Source: Eledone cirrhosa
Taxonomy: Eukaryota
DNA length: 64,000 nucleotides
Reading direction: 5' to 3'
Assembly (NCBI GenBank): GCA_964016885.1
Contig: OZ024740.1
Coordinates: 220,782,001 to 220,846,000, forward strand
This document shows, piece after piece, positions 10,959 through 23,940 of the stretch (position 1 is its first letter; each line of letters opens with the position of its first letter). Made by a program: the position numbers and the translations under genes. The notes below the pieces were generated by a model that did not search any database, had not been told where the DNA came from, and saw only the letters and a list, made by a program, of their open reading frames with translations.

Positions 10959-12239
10959 TTTTTTTTTCGCAAACATTTTAATTGCACCTTTTTGTTTCCA
11001 CTTTACATTTATTCGTTATACAAATTAAATGATAGCACTGTAGTTGTGGATGGGCCCCTCTTTGTCTTCTGGCAAGCAATATTTTTAGACCCAGTCCACC
11101 ACTATCCCGTTAAGGGTGAAAGCAGCGATTATTTGCTTAAACTTTAATCTGTTATTTTAATAAACACACACACACACATATATATATATATGTGTGTGTG
11201 TTGGACTTCCGTCTGTTCCAAGGATGAGTATTCCAGTTGTTTGACCGATGGAGCAACTTGCTCATGAAATTAACGCGCAAGTTGCTAAGCATGCCACAAA
11301 CACGTGTACCCTTAACGTAATTCTCGGGGAGATTTAGCATGATAGAGCTTGTAGCAAGAATCAGAGTTACAACTATTTTTTTCCAGATGAGCGGACTAAA
11401 GTAACAGGAAATAAAGTGTTTTGCAACACACCGCAGGGAATGGAATTCACAATTGTAAGCCGAATCCCCTTACCACTGAACGACACAACTTCTCACCCTT
11501 CTCTCTTTCTCACAAACATACTTGCTGGCATCACAACAGGATGGCATTACGTGATCAGTGACATATATCCCCATCATTGCATAACTGCACATAATGGTTG
11601 TATGAGCATCTGATGAAGCCACATGCGTAACTATGTCACAGAAATATATACCACGTAATAAAGTATTACGATGAAGTAACCCTGTCTTAACTACTTTTAA
11701 TTAATAAATGAATACTTTGTCACTTCTAGTTACTAACTTTTAGCTGGGATAAACTACTGACGTGAAGTGCTTTTAGGTCGCTTGAGCCGGCTTAGCCTCG
11801 TGGCGTTACAGCGTAACATCCATGTATAAGCACCCTAATCATCTGCAATTATACGTATACATACATATATGTATGTTTGGCGGAAGTAATTGAAATAGCG
11901 ACCGGAAAGGACCTCTTAAATTCCCGGCACGATAGGATATTTAATTTCAAACACAAGGTTCTAAAAACCTTCGTTAAATACAAACTGGACTAGAACAAGA
12001 TTCGATCCCTAATATCTAGGTCTTACTATATCCTATTTGGTACATTTTCTATGGCATTTGAACTTTTCCTTACACTCACTCCCTTTCCTCTCTACTCTCA
12101 CATTAACTGACTGTATTTTATGCTATTTTAAAATTATTTACATTTTCTTAAACGAAAATCTCATCACTGAATTTTACTTCGTAGTGAACAATTGAATTCC
12201 ACTACTATAAGCTTTAAGTATTGCATATGATTGCTGACC

Positions 12240-13348
12240 TCGATACTTGTATCCGGGCAGCAACCGAGGAGATATGCAACGTCAAGTTTGACGACATAGA
12301 GTAGCAACAGGCCACTTTACCTGTCAGGTATGGCGGCCTTGGCCTCCGGTCCCCGATCTCACTAGCTTTGCCGGCGTATCTTTCGTCGGTAACCTCGTGC
12401 CGCGTCCTCGTCAGCAGGGTTCTTCAAAACACAACAGAACCCTCTGTGTTCAGAGAACGTGAGGCCACTCGTGATACGTGGGACCGGCTGGGACTTAGCT
12501 CAGTGTACGTCCCTCCTCCTTCTCCCCCTGTTGACGTCAAGTCCCCCCAACGCACTTGGGATGCCATCCAGTGCAGCTTGGCTTCAGACAGGCTCACGCG
12601 CCAGCTCGACCAGCACCGCCTTGCTTGTTTTCGTGCGGCCTCCAAATCACACAGTGGTGTCTGGCTCCATGCCCTGCCCTCCTTCTCCACTGGCACGCAG
12701 CTAGACAACCATAGCCTGCTCATCCGTGTTTCCCCGAGGCTCGGCCTCCGGACCTGCCAGCCACACCAATATCGCTGCGGTTCCACCGTGGACTCTTTAG
12801 GCCTCCACCGTGGACTCTTTCGGCCTCCACCCGCTTTCCTGTCGCCACAGTGCAGACGCATTCCACGCCATGCTGCCTTCAACGAGGTCATTAAGAATGG
12901 CTTGGACGCTGCAGGCTTCCTCTCCCAGCTCGAGCTGGTGGGGCTGGATCGAGGGCACGGCAAAAGGCCAGATGGCATGACCATCTTCCCGTTCCGCGGT
13001 GGAAAACCCTTCGTCTGGGATGCCACTTGCACCGACATTTTCTGCAGCCGCAACCTGGTGCAGTCTACGACTGACCCAGGTTCTGCTGCATGTCGGGCCG
13101 AGGAGGCCAAACTCCTCAAATACCGGTCGCTCTCCGACAGGTTTGGGGTCGTTCCCCTAGCAGTGGAGACTTCTGGTGTCCTCGGCCCCAGGGCTACCTT
13201 CTTACTCATCACCATAGGCGCTGAGCTGGCCAGCCGCAGGTGTGTACCCTGCGAGTTGGAGTGGCTTTTCCAGCGCGTCTCCCTTGCCGTTCTCCGGGGA
13301 AACGCCTTCTCCATTCTGTCCGCCGGGGCTGTGGGTGGGCCCCATCGC

Positions 13349-13350
<2 letters not shown>
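12240..13350 (+). mobile_element. CRE-clade non-LTR retrotransposon, 5'-truncated (thumb, Zn-knuckle remnant, restriction-like endonuclease)
   Basis: LPVRYGGLGL, SGVWLHALP, RH, KRPDG..WD, VPLAVETSG, QRVSLAVLRGNA motifs in and upstream of ORF 12368-13441; ends in (TA)n. Confidence 0.85.
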
Positions 13351-13383
<33 letters not shown>

Positions 13384-13386
<3 letters not shown>

Positions 13387-14671
13387 GGTGCGGGCGATAT
13401 TTGTTCGCAAGATTACTGTCTATGAAAAAATAACACAGTAGTTTTATTTTTTAAGATATATTTATCAAACATGGGTCAGTTTGTCTTCATGACTTGTTCT
13501 TTCAATCTCACTAGATAAACCCCCCATTGGTTTTGATGACGGCCTCAAGGCGGCATCGGAACCGGCTACAGGCCTTCGTCACTGTCCCCCGACTTAGGCC
13601 CCTAAAGGCACTTGTGATCTTGGTCTTCAGATCGTCTTTCGTATTGCAGCTAGATCTGTTGGTGTCTCGTTCCACTGCGCCCCACACAAAGAAGTCGAGG
13701 GGGTTGCAGTCAGGCGAGCTGGGAGGCCAGATGTCAGGTGAAGTGTGGTCGACGAAGTTCTCTGACAGCCAGGTTTGGGTCTTTCGGCTGGTATGGCAGG
13801 GCGCTGAGTCTTGCTGCCACACGCACGGCCTACCTGCAGCTACCTGGTCGATCCAGGGCTTTACTACCTCGCTCAGAACGTGGATGTAGCCATTGGTGTT
13901 CAGCTTGAAGCCCTCAGGGAAGAAGTGAGGTGGCATGACGACACCTAAGACCAATGTTGTCGCTGGAAACTTTGTCTGTATGTCTCTGGGCACGTCTATG
14001 GATGAGACAGCGAGCCACCTGTTGTTCTGGGAGTTGATCTTCTGGTCTTGGCAGAAGTTTTTCTCGTCGGAGAAAAACCACAGCATGTCTGGCTCCAGTG
14101 GGTGTTTCAACTTGTTGAGCAGCTTCTTTGCGTACTTCAGTCGCTTTTCTTGCATCGCCTTTGACAGAAATTGTCTTTTCCTCATCTTGTATGAAACGTA
14201 GCGAATGTCTTAATGTACCACCAGCCTAATGAGCTTTTCATCCACGCCTTTCTCCCTTGCAATGGCACGCATCGATTTGCTAGGTTCATTGTTGATGATA
14301 TCCTGACATTCAGCGACGAACTCGGGAACTCGGGAGTTCTGAAGGCGTCAGATCGTCGATCATGTGTTTTCCTCTCTGATGTTGCTTCGTAGTCGAATCC
14401 TGAATCTTCCAATTCCTTTCTGACCTTTTCCACCATTTTTCTGCTGACGCTGAGAAAGTCTGAAATTTCCTTATTTGTCCTCCCGGCGCGGATTCCAAGA
14501 AGAACTCCGTGTCTCTTCCACAAATTTGGAGGTTCAAAATTATTTATAATCAATTATTCTGAAAATAAATAATGGAAATATAGTCACTGTTTTTATGAAG
14601 ACAACGGAAGTAAAAAAAAATTGCATAAAATTAGCAGTTGAAAATTGCGAACAAATATCGTCCACACCCTG
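13384..14671 (-). mobile_element. Tc1/mariner DNA transposon, DD37D (maT-type), full length with broken ORF
   Basis: 27-bp TIRs CAGGGTG(C/T)GG(G/A)CGATATTTGTTCGCAA, TA flanks; FSDEK...QQDSAPCH...SPDCNPLD with 37 residues between the 2nd and 3rd Asp. Confidence 0.95.
13511..14553 (-). pseudogene. DD37D transposase, frameshifted (ORFs 14182-14553 and 13511-14185)
   Basis: HTH-like N-terminus and catalytic domain in different frames. Confidence 0.9.
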
Positions 14672-14934
14672 TATATATATGTAGATAAATCTACCAGAAT
14701 AAACGGTAGTGTCCAATCGGTATGAAGAACTCACAATGTAATCCAAATATAGAAGATATCAGGAAAAGAGAAGATGCATTCAAAATTTAACGATAAAAAT
14801 CATAGGAAAACAGAGTCAAGATAAATTAATAAAAACAATGAAATAAAAAGAAAGAACAGGTTCCTTATATTGAAAAAAAAATCATCATTTTACGATCGTT
14901 TCTGGGATATATATGTGTGTTGGTATGTATATCA

Positions 14935-15193
14935 TATATTCTAAAATCCCGGAGAGCTCAATTTGCTGGCCACTGTCACCGTGCCAGCAATGAAATCATA
15001 TCCGCTCTCTTGCTCTGGAACCCTGACTCCAGCCTGACAAGGAATAGGAAGCTGTCATTCCCTGACGTTATCTCTAGGGATACGGGAATCAGTAGACAGG
15101 ACCTGGGGGAAGCGATGGGGGACAGGGAATTCTGGGGCATGAGAGTGAGATCCATCATCTCGACAGTAGTCGACGAATGATGATGATGATGAT
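14935..15193 (+). mobile_element. RTE-clade LINE 3' fragment with (GAT)n tail
   Basis: RRAQFAGHCHR...LLLW.P...DR..W typical of the RTE C-terminus, followed by (GAT)n. Confidence 0.8.
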
Positions 15194-15246
15194 ATCATAT
15201 TTAAGATCTATGTAAAAAAATATTACAAATTATCAGAGCAGATATA

Positions 15247-15318
15247 CATACCTTCACCTATACATGCCATCTTCAGAAAATGGCATTTCTGAAGATGGCA
15301 TGTATAGGTGAAGGTATG
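15247..15318. repeat. Perfect 33-bp inverted repeat with 6-nt loop
   Basis: CATACCTTCACCTATACATGCCATCTTCAGAAA / TTTCTGAAGATGGCATGTATAGGTGAAGGTATG. Confidence 0.95.
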
Positions 15319-15657
15319 ACCAGCAGAAACCCCCCACTCCTAGTACAACACTGCACTCTTTCATATCCTTTCACGCACAGCTCAACCACATCCACACCAC
15401 CACACAGCACATCCGCCTCACCACATAGCACCTCCGCCTCACCACATACACGTCGACATGTCTATGGCTGGCTAAAACACCACACCCCGCAACTCACATC
15501 AACCACCGCTCCCTACCACCACTACCTCGTCATTATGCTCCCTTCCCCACCAATCACACATGCCAAAACATTCCTCATAAATTGACCATCATATGAACGC
15601 GAAACGTTACATACATTTCTATGCTTCATATGTTCATTCTGTCATTACAACAGCAGA

Positions 15658-15742
15658 GGTCCGACGAGCTTTTGATTCCAGAGTCAGACCAGATCGATAC
15701 AGACCGAACCTTGAGCTGATCCATAGCGAAACGCGCGTCACC
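15658..15742 (+). ncRNA. Hammerhead ribozyme, U4C variant or decayed, followed by AATAAA
   Basis: GGT CCGACGA GCT...AGC GAAA CGCGCG TC ACC. Confidence 0.65.
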
Positions 15743-15802
15743 AATCAATAAACATAAAGAGGGCTTAACAAATCGTCCTTGTATATATATATATATATAC
15801 AT

Positions 15803-16280
15803 ATGATGGATGCCAACTCGTTTTCGAGTACGGCCACTACTTTATATCCATGTAGGAGAACCCCTACTGATGCGCTGAACGAGTGTGACTTTTTAGTCCA
15901 GCCAACGACTTGAAAACTCTGGTACAAACACTACACTTGTGACAATTATTGACATATAGTGCTGGGCCCATGGTACCATGTGACGACAAGTGCAGAGAGA
16001 TCTCCAGATATCAAGCAATGCCTGTACCGTGAAGCTTTTATAGTGAGCAAAGGCACTGCACAAAGCCAGTCCCACTCTCTTAACCAAGATGATATTTACC
16101 AAAAAGAAGAACAAGTCAACATCATTGGATACCATCAGGGTTGCAGGTGTTATATCAGAGTTTTCCTTCTCCTAGAATTCTGCCTTGACAAAGGTTAAGG
16201 GGTCATCTCTCCCGGTGATTTTGGATGGCCATTGACTCTTAAGAGCTCCTTTGCCCTTTGACAGGTTTTGTTTTTAGTCC
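15803..16280 (-). mobile_element. RTE-derived non-autonomous element (same family as 55540-56108)
   Basis: Near-identical reverse complement of 55632-56108. Confidence 0.9.
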
Positions 16281-16289
16281 TATATATAT

Positions 16290-16536
16290 ATATATAATAC
16301 AAGGACGATTTGTTAAGCCCTCTAACCATAGATACGATAGGATCATAAATAAGAATAACGTCAAAATCTCATACGCAACTACACCTAACCTAGCTGATCT
16401 TATAATGCTTAGTAACCACACGAAGCTCCTTAGAATCAAACCTCCTTTTAATGTCAATATTAGAACTTCTGGCAACCGTAATCATTATAACAATACCGAT
16501 AGTCATAATAGCAATAATAGTAACCAGGATAATAAT
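16290..16536 (+). mobile_element. PLE fragment, left half (RT C-terminal linker)
   Basis: INKNNVKISYATTPNL motif, typical of PLEs just upstream of the GIY-YIG domain. Confidence 0.7.
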
Positions 16537-19500
16537 GGTTTCTTTATTGGCCACAGAGGTTAACATGAAGAAAAACATTACAGATGGCATGAACAGTACA
16601 GGTTGATACAAAGTGGGTTTTGGTCGTGTAAACAGGTTATAACAAAATCGGGCTAGAAATAAAAAAAATTCAAACAACAAAAATTCCCCCAATAAGGGGA
16701 AACCTCCGAGGGTCACTCGTGGCGAAAACCACACAAAAAAGACCACGGCCACCCTGACCACCAGGGCAAGCGCCCTCTCTCAGTTTTCCCACCCCTCAGT
16801 CTACAGGCGCATACTCAGAACGGGCCCGTTCACTCGGACCAGACTCGCCACTTTCACCCACCTTTCAACAAACTTACTAGAAGACAGCACTTGCCTCTCC
16901 GCCCTGATATTCCTCTTCAAGTGAAACTAGAAAAAGTTAATCAGGGATTGGCCGAAGAGGAAAGTGTCCGTCTTCAACCCTTTCAACCTTGTCCACCACA
17001 CAATCTCTTTCGTCATGGCCACCAGGCAGATGAAGACTGCTTTCCCTTCCTCCTCTTTAAAGGAGGATGGCGGGGCTATCTGCACAATGGACTCAGTCGA
17101 TAACCGGATCCGTCCTACACGCGACAGCAGCTGTTCGACATAGCTCCACAAGTCAGCAATCCTCAGGCACTGAATGAGTGCGTGCAGGACGGTTTCATCG
17201 CCCTGCACGCATCTCGGACAGGCTCGACTGACAGCACCTCCGTGCCTGTAGAGCTTATCCCGAACCGGCAACGCTCCCCGGTAGCACTGGCAGGCCAGGG
17301 ATTTCTGGAAGTTGTCCATAGGCCCCGTCTGAAAGTTCTCTTGAAGAGAGCGAACAGCTGATCGTCTTCGACGCCCAGGGTCTCCCCGAGTATGTCGTCG
17401 CTCTTCCCCTCCACTAGCCCTCTATATAACGCCGAGGTAGATGTTCCACCGATACTAGTTCCCAGCTGGTAGAGGGCGGTGAGCACTTGGAGACATTCCA
17501 GCTTCCAAACGCTATCCCTCGGTCTTTTCCTGATCCAGGACTGCAGCTCCGTCAAGGAGACGAGCTGGGGAAATGCGCGTCTGGCAAACAGCGACCACAC
17601 CTGTTCACCGTCAAGGAAGCAAAAGATATGTCGCAGCCTCAGCGCATGTTTGCGCATCATCAGCCACGGCATGCTTAGTCCTCCACGCATCGGGTGTTGG
17701 CAGCAAATGGATCGTCTGACCATGGGAGCACGTCCCTTCCACAAAAAGTGGAAGAGAAGGCGCTCCATTTTGGTCAGAGTTGGTACGACGGTCAGGCGGT
17801 AGCAGATGGCGGAGGCTATGTATGCATTCGCCACCTCCGCCTGACCTTTCAGAGACAGTCTCCTCTCGGCCCATTTCTGAGTGAGAGAGGCCACCCTGCT
17901 CGTCACCTCGTTCCAGTTTTCCTCCATCTGGAGGTCCGGACCGAACCAGACCCCGAGCAATTTAACCGGTCCTTCCGTCCAGCGCCCCGCGACGCTGTCG
18001 GACGGCATGGACTTGTCTCTCCAGGTGCCGAGTTGCAAGCCCACCGACTTTTCCTGGTTTATCTTTGCTCCTGTCACCGCTTCGTATTCCTTGAGAGCGG
18101 TGCCGAGCATCTGGACGTGTTTGGTGCTCGACACCACCACGGTGACGTCGTCGGCGTAAGCTGACACGGATCTCCTGCATCCCAGTTCGCGTGGGACCCC
18201 CCTCATCGTCTCCAATTTGTGCAGTAATAGCTCGAGGGCCAGTACGTACAAGAGAGACGAGAGGGGGAAACCCTGTCGGACCGAGCGCATGATTATGAAA
18301 GGTTGCGACAGGTGACCATTCACCCTCACAATCGAGCAGATGTCGCTGTGCATCGCAGCGATCCAGCCCCTAAAAACGGTCCCGAAGCCGGCCGCCTCGA
18401 GGACCGCAGCCAGGTACCGATGGTCGACCCTATCAAATGCTTTAGATTGATACAAGTTGATCAGGGCCCCACTCGTGCTAGGTTCCTTAACCACCCTGTC
18501 TATGATGTATCGCATGAGATGGAGGTTGTCGTGGATGGATCTGTCCGGAATGGTGCATGTCTGCGCCTCTCCCACCAGATCACCGACGACAAGCACCAAA
18601 CTCTTTGCTAACATCTTGGCCAAAATCTTAAACTCTGCGTTTAGCAGAGTTATGGGCCTGAAGTTGTCTATAACGTCCCCCTTGTTCGGGTATTTTCTCA
18701 GCAGCGCCACCGCTCCCCGGCTCACAAAACTGGGAATGCTCTCGTTCTGCTGCCAGTTGCAGTAGACATCTGCCAAGAGGTCGCCGAACTAGTCTGGCAT
18801 ATACGCATAAAGCTAGTAGGGCAGACCATCCAAACCTGGCAATTTACCCCTCGTGCAGTCAGACATCGCTTCCCGTATTTCACCTGCTGTCATCGGCTTT
18901 TCGCAGCACTGCGCTGTGGTCGTCGAGAGCCGCGGCAGTCCGTCGAGATATGCACCGAAGTTCATACTCCGATCCGGCCCACCGCCGCTCCTGAACATCT
19001 GCTCGGGTTCGAGCAACATGCGCCCGTTTTGATCAGGCAAAGACCGTATTGTGGACTTGTTGCCACGTCGCACCTCCACCACCCAGGCCCATTGAACGGC
19101 TTTCTTCTCCTCTTGTCTTATAGCACGAGCTCTAGCTCTGACAACGCAGCCTTCATGCGTTGTATTGAAGAATTGGTCGAGTGCCAATCTTGCCGCAAGC
19201 ACGTCGGTTGTGATGCCTGTCCTAAACGCCTGTTTTAGCTTTCTAACTAACTCTCCCTCTACTCTATTTTCCTCTATCACTACTCCTTTGTTAAACCTTA
19301 TCGATTCTACTCTAATAGCCCTCCCCAGGGTAAACCACCACCTGTTGTTGACGATCGCACCCGTCACCGCACGTTTAACTAATTCGCTAATCCGGTCTCT
19401 GTAAGCTTTGCGCGCCGGTAACAACGCGTTCAACTTTCAGTAACCGAGCCCTTACCTATGGAGTCTATCAAAGTCAACTTCCGTGTAGTTGACTACTTTA

Positions 19501-22455
19501 AATTGTGGACAACCCACACTGGCCTTATCTGTTCCCCTTCAGAATACCCTATCTAAATACAATCTGGATGACCCGATGCGGTTTGCCCATGTCCACATTG
19601 GCACATTCGGATAATCCAGTCTATATCTGTCAGACAGTTCAAAACGTCTGAGCAGGTTGTTGAGGCTTTTACACCCTCCTGCTCTGTCTACTAGCCCCAC
19701 ATAATCCCAGCCTGCATCTAAGATACCGTTCCAGTCGCCCACTAACACTAAAGAGCGGGGCGTTCCAAGAAAGGTCTCTAGACGTCTGAAGAAATATGGC
19801 CGTCCTACCCCTGTTGGGGCGTAGACGGCTACTAGCCTGCAAGCATTGGCTTCGCTGCCGGTCTCGTCCAGCACCACCGACTTACCTTCTGGGTTCAGGA
19901 AGATGGCCCGTATGGCGAGATCTAAGCCTCTCTGAAAAAGCACAGCACCCCCCCCCCCCCGATCCTGGACGGCTGGGAGATGCGTATACATCGTAGCCGC
20001 CGAAGATCGGTGCGAAGGCTCGTGCTTCGGAGATTCTGGTCTCGCTGATGGCCACCACATCTATGTTTAGTGACCTGAGGAACGGGGTAAGTGAGAAAGG
20101 ATCACTTACCTTGATTGTGTGGGGAAGGGACAGTAGAACCGTCCCTTCGGCTGGTCATGGGTGTCTCCAAGATGATATTTGTATAAATTCTCTTGGAAAG
20201 TGACCCTCTGAAATCCCCAACCACGTTGGGGAATTTTTGTTTTAATTGTTTGTAATCTTCGAGTTCAATTTCCACAATGTTAATATTTTTTGGTAATGTT
20301 CTTGGTGTTGGTGGGGTGTGTTAATTTACGTCTGAAATATCGGTGTGGTGTTTTATGTGTTCCATTAATCCTCGGTCTGCAATGTTTATGGCTGTTTACT
20401 TTTTTGGGGGAGGAGTGGTTTTGTTGCTGTTTTTTTTGCTGTTGATGTTGGGTGTGTGTGCTTTGTTGTGTTTGCGATGTTGCTGTTTGTGGTGATGCTG
20501 GTGGTGATGTGATTGTTGTTGGTGGCGATGCTTGTGGTGGTGATGGTGGTGGCGTTGCTGCAACTCGCCTTGTAGCCTTTACCCTTCTTTGTTTGTCCTC
20601 GCCTTTGGAGAGCGAAGCTAAGTGGTTCTTTCGTTTTTGTTTTTTGTGGCAGACCTTTTGCCACTTCACTCCCACCTCATACTCCATGTCGGATTCCATG
20701 GTGTCTGGCAGGGTTATATGCTCCACGGCTGTTGGTGGTGGTAGTATAGCACTCTCCGGCGATTTTGTTGCTGGTGCAGCTACTGCAAATGTAGCTACTG
20801 GTGTTGCCACCACTGCTGTCGCTGTTTTAGTTGTCCGTAGCCTTGGTATGGTTGCCACGGACGTTGCCCTCCTACTCACCGTTTAGATTGATCCAAGTTG
20901 ATCAGGGCCCCACCCGTGCCAGGTTCCTTAACCACCCTCTCTATGATGTATCGCATGAGATGGAGGTTGTCATGGATGGATCTGTCCGGAATGGCGCATG
21001 TCTGCGCCTCTCCCACCAGATCACCGGCGACAAGTGCCTCTGTTGCCTGCCCTGCTCTTCGTAGCAGCGGATCAGGCGTCTGAAGGAGGGGTACCCTCTT
21101 CTTGGCTGTTTTATGCGGGCAAAAGGCCCTGAGGTAACCCTTTTGCCCACAGAGATAGCACTTTGGGTGCCTTCCTTCCACGCTCATAGGGAGTTGCAGT
21201 CCTTCCTCGAGGTCTATGATATCTGGGATGGCCTCGATACACTCCTGGTCAGTTTGTATTAGCATTTACATGCCTATTCCTGACCAGTTCTCTCTTCTCA
21301 TTCTCTGTATTTGTTGTATGGTGGTCCTGTCCTCGATTCCAGCAAAGACAGACGCAGCCAGCCAAGGAGTGGGCACGTCGGGCGGGACCTGGGTCACTTT
21401 GACCCTCACAATTTTCTGCACGCAGTAGGAGAGCACCAAGACTATCTCCTCACTCTTTAGGGTTTCCAAAGAGTGAGACTTCTTCTTGGGGGCTGGCGAA
21501 AAGTACGTCTACTGTGGCATACTTTTTGTCTCGGGTGATGTGGGTTTTACGCGCCCAGACGCACCCCAAGGCCTTTTGGATTTCAGCCTCCGTAGCTCTC
21601 TCCTCCCGATGTGACATTTTGCTTACGGTGCGGTAAGTCACCGTCCGTAGTTGCTGGTCCTTGAAAAAATCGGGTGGAGGTTTCAGGAAAACTCTATTGT
21701 CATTTCTTGTCACCATGGCCCTTGCGACTGATATCTCCTCCGCCTTGACTAGCATTTTTTCTATATTTCGGGCCACACCTGCGAAAGAAGTGGCCCCTTT
21801 TTCACCGGCACCATTATTACTGTCGCTACTGCTGCTATTGGTCTTGTTGTTGGTGCTGTTACTGTTGCTACTGCTACAAACGGTGTTGTTGGTGTTGTTG
21901 CTGTTATCACTGTTGTAGTTGGTTGTGTTTTTGGTGCCACCGTTGTTGTTGTTCTCGGTGCAATTTGTATTGTTGCTGTTGGCGTTGTTGTTGTTTATTT
22001 TCTTGTTAGTGGTGTTAATATCGTTGTTGCATTTTTTTCTGTTGGCTGTATTTTGGTTGTCGCTGTTACTGTTGTAGTTGGTGTAGTAATCTTTTCAAAA
22101 TTAGTGTTCTCAGTGTTGTCATTGCTGTCTTTGTTCACGTTGTTTGTTGTGTCAATTTCTGTGTTCACCGTAACCCTCCTCACAACTTTTACACCGTTGT
22201 CACACGACAGAAGGTATATCGCTGGGGTGGGGGTGGGGGTGGGGGGCATGACTCAGCCATGTGTTTTGATAATTTTTGAAAGTAGAATGTTCAAATATTT
22301 GGGCCAATAGGCCCAAATATTATACTTTCCCCTTCACAGGGCAAAGTCCAAGGGCTTATGTCCCTTACACAATAACAAAAATTTAACAATAATAATTTGT
22401 GACAGGTAAATAAAGCAACTTACTGGGAGCGAGCAAAAAGACGTCCGATCAGACC
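16537..22455 (-). mobile_element. L1/Tx1-type LINE copy A, full length, degenerate
   Basis: ORF1 with CCHC knuckle (CYLCGQKGYLRAFC), APE (VAVYAP, GDWN, YLDR), RT (PGLDGLP, FRPITLLN, KAFDRV, SVRQG, YADD), C-terminal CPRC..H....C; 3' end GTGGCCAATAAAGAAACCATTATT; 5' flank (AAT)n. Confidence 0.95.
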
Positions 22456-22499
<44 letters not shown>

Positions 22500-22507
<8 letters not shown>

Positions 22508-23430
22508 GTAATGATAACAATAGCCCTTACCACAATAGAAATAACAACAAAAAGCATTGCAATTGCCGAAACCCTAACAACTGTCCACTTCAGGGCCACT
22601 GCCTGATTAGAAATGTAATCTACAAATGCACAGTGACGACTAAAAATAGCACTAAGTCTTACATAGGCGCCACTTCTAATGAGTTCAAGACTAGATTTAG
22701 ATCGCATCTCCACTCTTTTATAAACAAGAAACTCAGGTTTTCTAACTCCCTTGCTAATTATATCACACTATTAATAGAATCTAGCATTAGCTACACAACA
22801 CAGTGGAGTATAGAAGATCAAGCAACGCCTTGCAACTTTAAGAAGAATTGTCAGCTTTGCCTAATGGAAACGTATTATATAGTAAGCTCAACCCCCACAC
22901 TCATTAATAGTAGAGCTGAGACGGTAATAAATTGCAGCCACAGGCTACAACACTCGTTCTACAACTGGCCTCTAGACCAATGATAACCTCTTATCCCACA
23001 GCTATCTACATTACACCACCATTAAGTTCTTCATACGATAGTTCGGCTTAAGTACAGTATTTAATGATGCTCTTAACCAGCCACCTAACGTTTGCCTAAG
23101 CACTGTCCATCACCTACTGAGTTAGACTCACCCTGCTAAACCATCCCTTTAGCTGGGATATACAAAATGTTCTAGGGTGCTTTTCTGCCTTTTCACCGTG
23201 CAGTTGCCTCCCTTGGGGGATTATGCCCCTTTCACAGTCACCATTAATATTTTGGTCTACTATGCATGGAGACGTGAATCTATTGTGAATATTTTCAACC
23301 AGCTCTGACGGTATATTTATTGATGACATTATATTAACAAACATTTCTCTGAAGAGCCCGCATGCGGGTGAAACATTATGCAAGATTTATATAAAGAACT
23401 TGTTATAACGGCTAGTAACTCCTTCATTCA
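22500..23430 (+). mobile_element. PLE fragment, right half: GIY-YIG endonuclease and 3' region
   Basis: VIYKCTV...SYIGAT..FKTRF..H..SF...CQLCL.E motifs (ORF 22633-22983); HHR-like motif downstream. Confidence 0.85.
23346..23385 (+). ncRNA. Minimal hammerhead motif in PLE 3' region, cleavage triplet mutated
   Basis: TCT CTGAAGA GCCCGC-AT-GCGGGT GAAA CATTATG CA AGA. Confidence 0.6.
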
Positions 23431-23438
23431 TTCATTTG

Positions 23439-23504
<66 letters not shown>

Positions 23505-23579
23505 CAAAAGAATGAAGAATAACATGGTCGGTTGTACAAAGGGTTTATATAAGTATTAACGATGCCTAGAGTCCAGTAT

Positions 23580-23940
23580 GGTATACCTATGCACTATTAA
23601 GTCTGGCAATCTGGCATAGAACTACATAGGTTCTACGGCTGGTGGCTTCAAGAAACGATGGTATGTGCATCGACACTCCATAAAAAACCGAAAACTCAGT
23701 AACACAACAACGTTGGCCAATAAAATCTGGTAGCTTAAGGACATTAATCAAGGATATGAAATTAGCTGGCCGAAGTTATTAAATGCAAAAGCCTACATGA
23801 ACGGAATGGCCCACTGTGGACTCTGCAAATGGAGCTACTCCATATTCTGAAATATAACAAAATGTTGCTCAATAGCAAGATCGAGCAAACAATTTTCTGT
23901 AGGTACAAATCCGCCACTAAATTCTCTAACTACAAATCGT
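23580..23940 (+). mobile_element. Second PLE GIY-YIG remnant
   Basis: NYIGSTAGGFKKRWYVHRHS...TTLANKIW*LKD...CGLC with stops. Confidence 0.75.

Noticed and set aside
11605-11655. CTGATGA...GAAA TATATA motif
   Set aside because: Stems I and II do not pair convincingly and there is no UH cleavage site
12424-13410. 328-aa minus-strand ORF
   Set aside because: Antisense shadow of the GC-rich CRE ORF; no recognisable motifs
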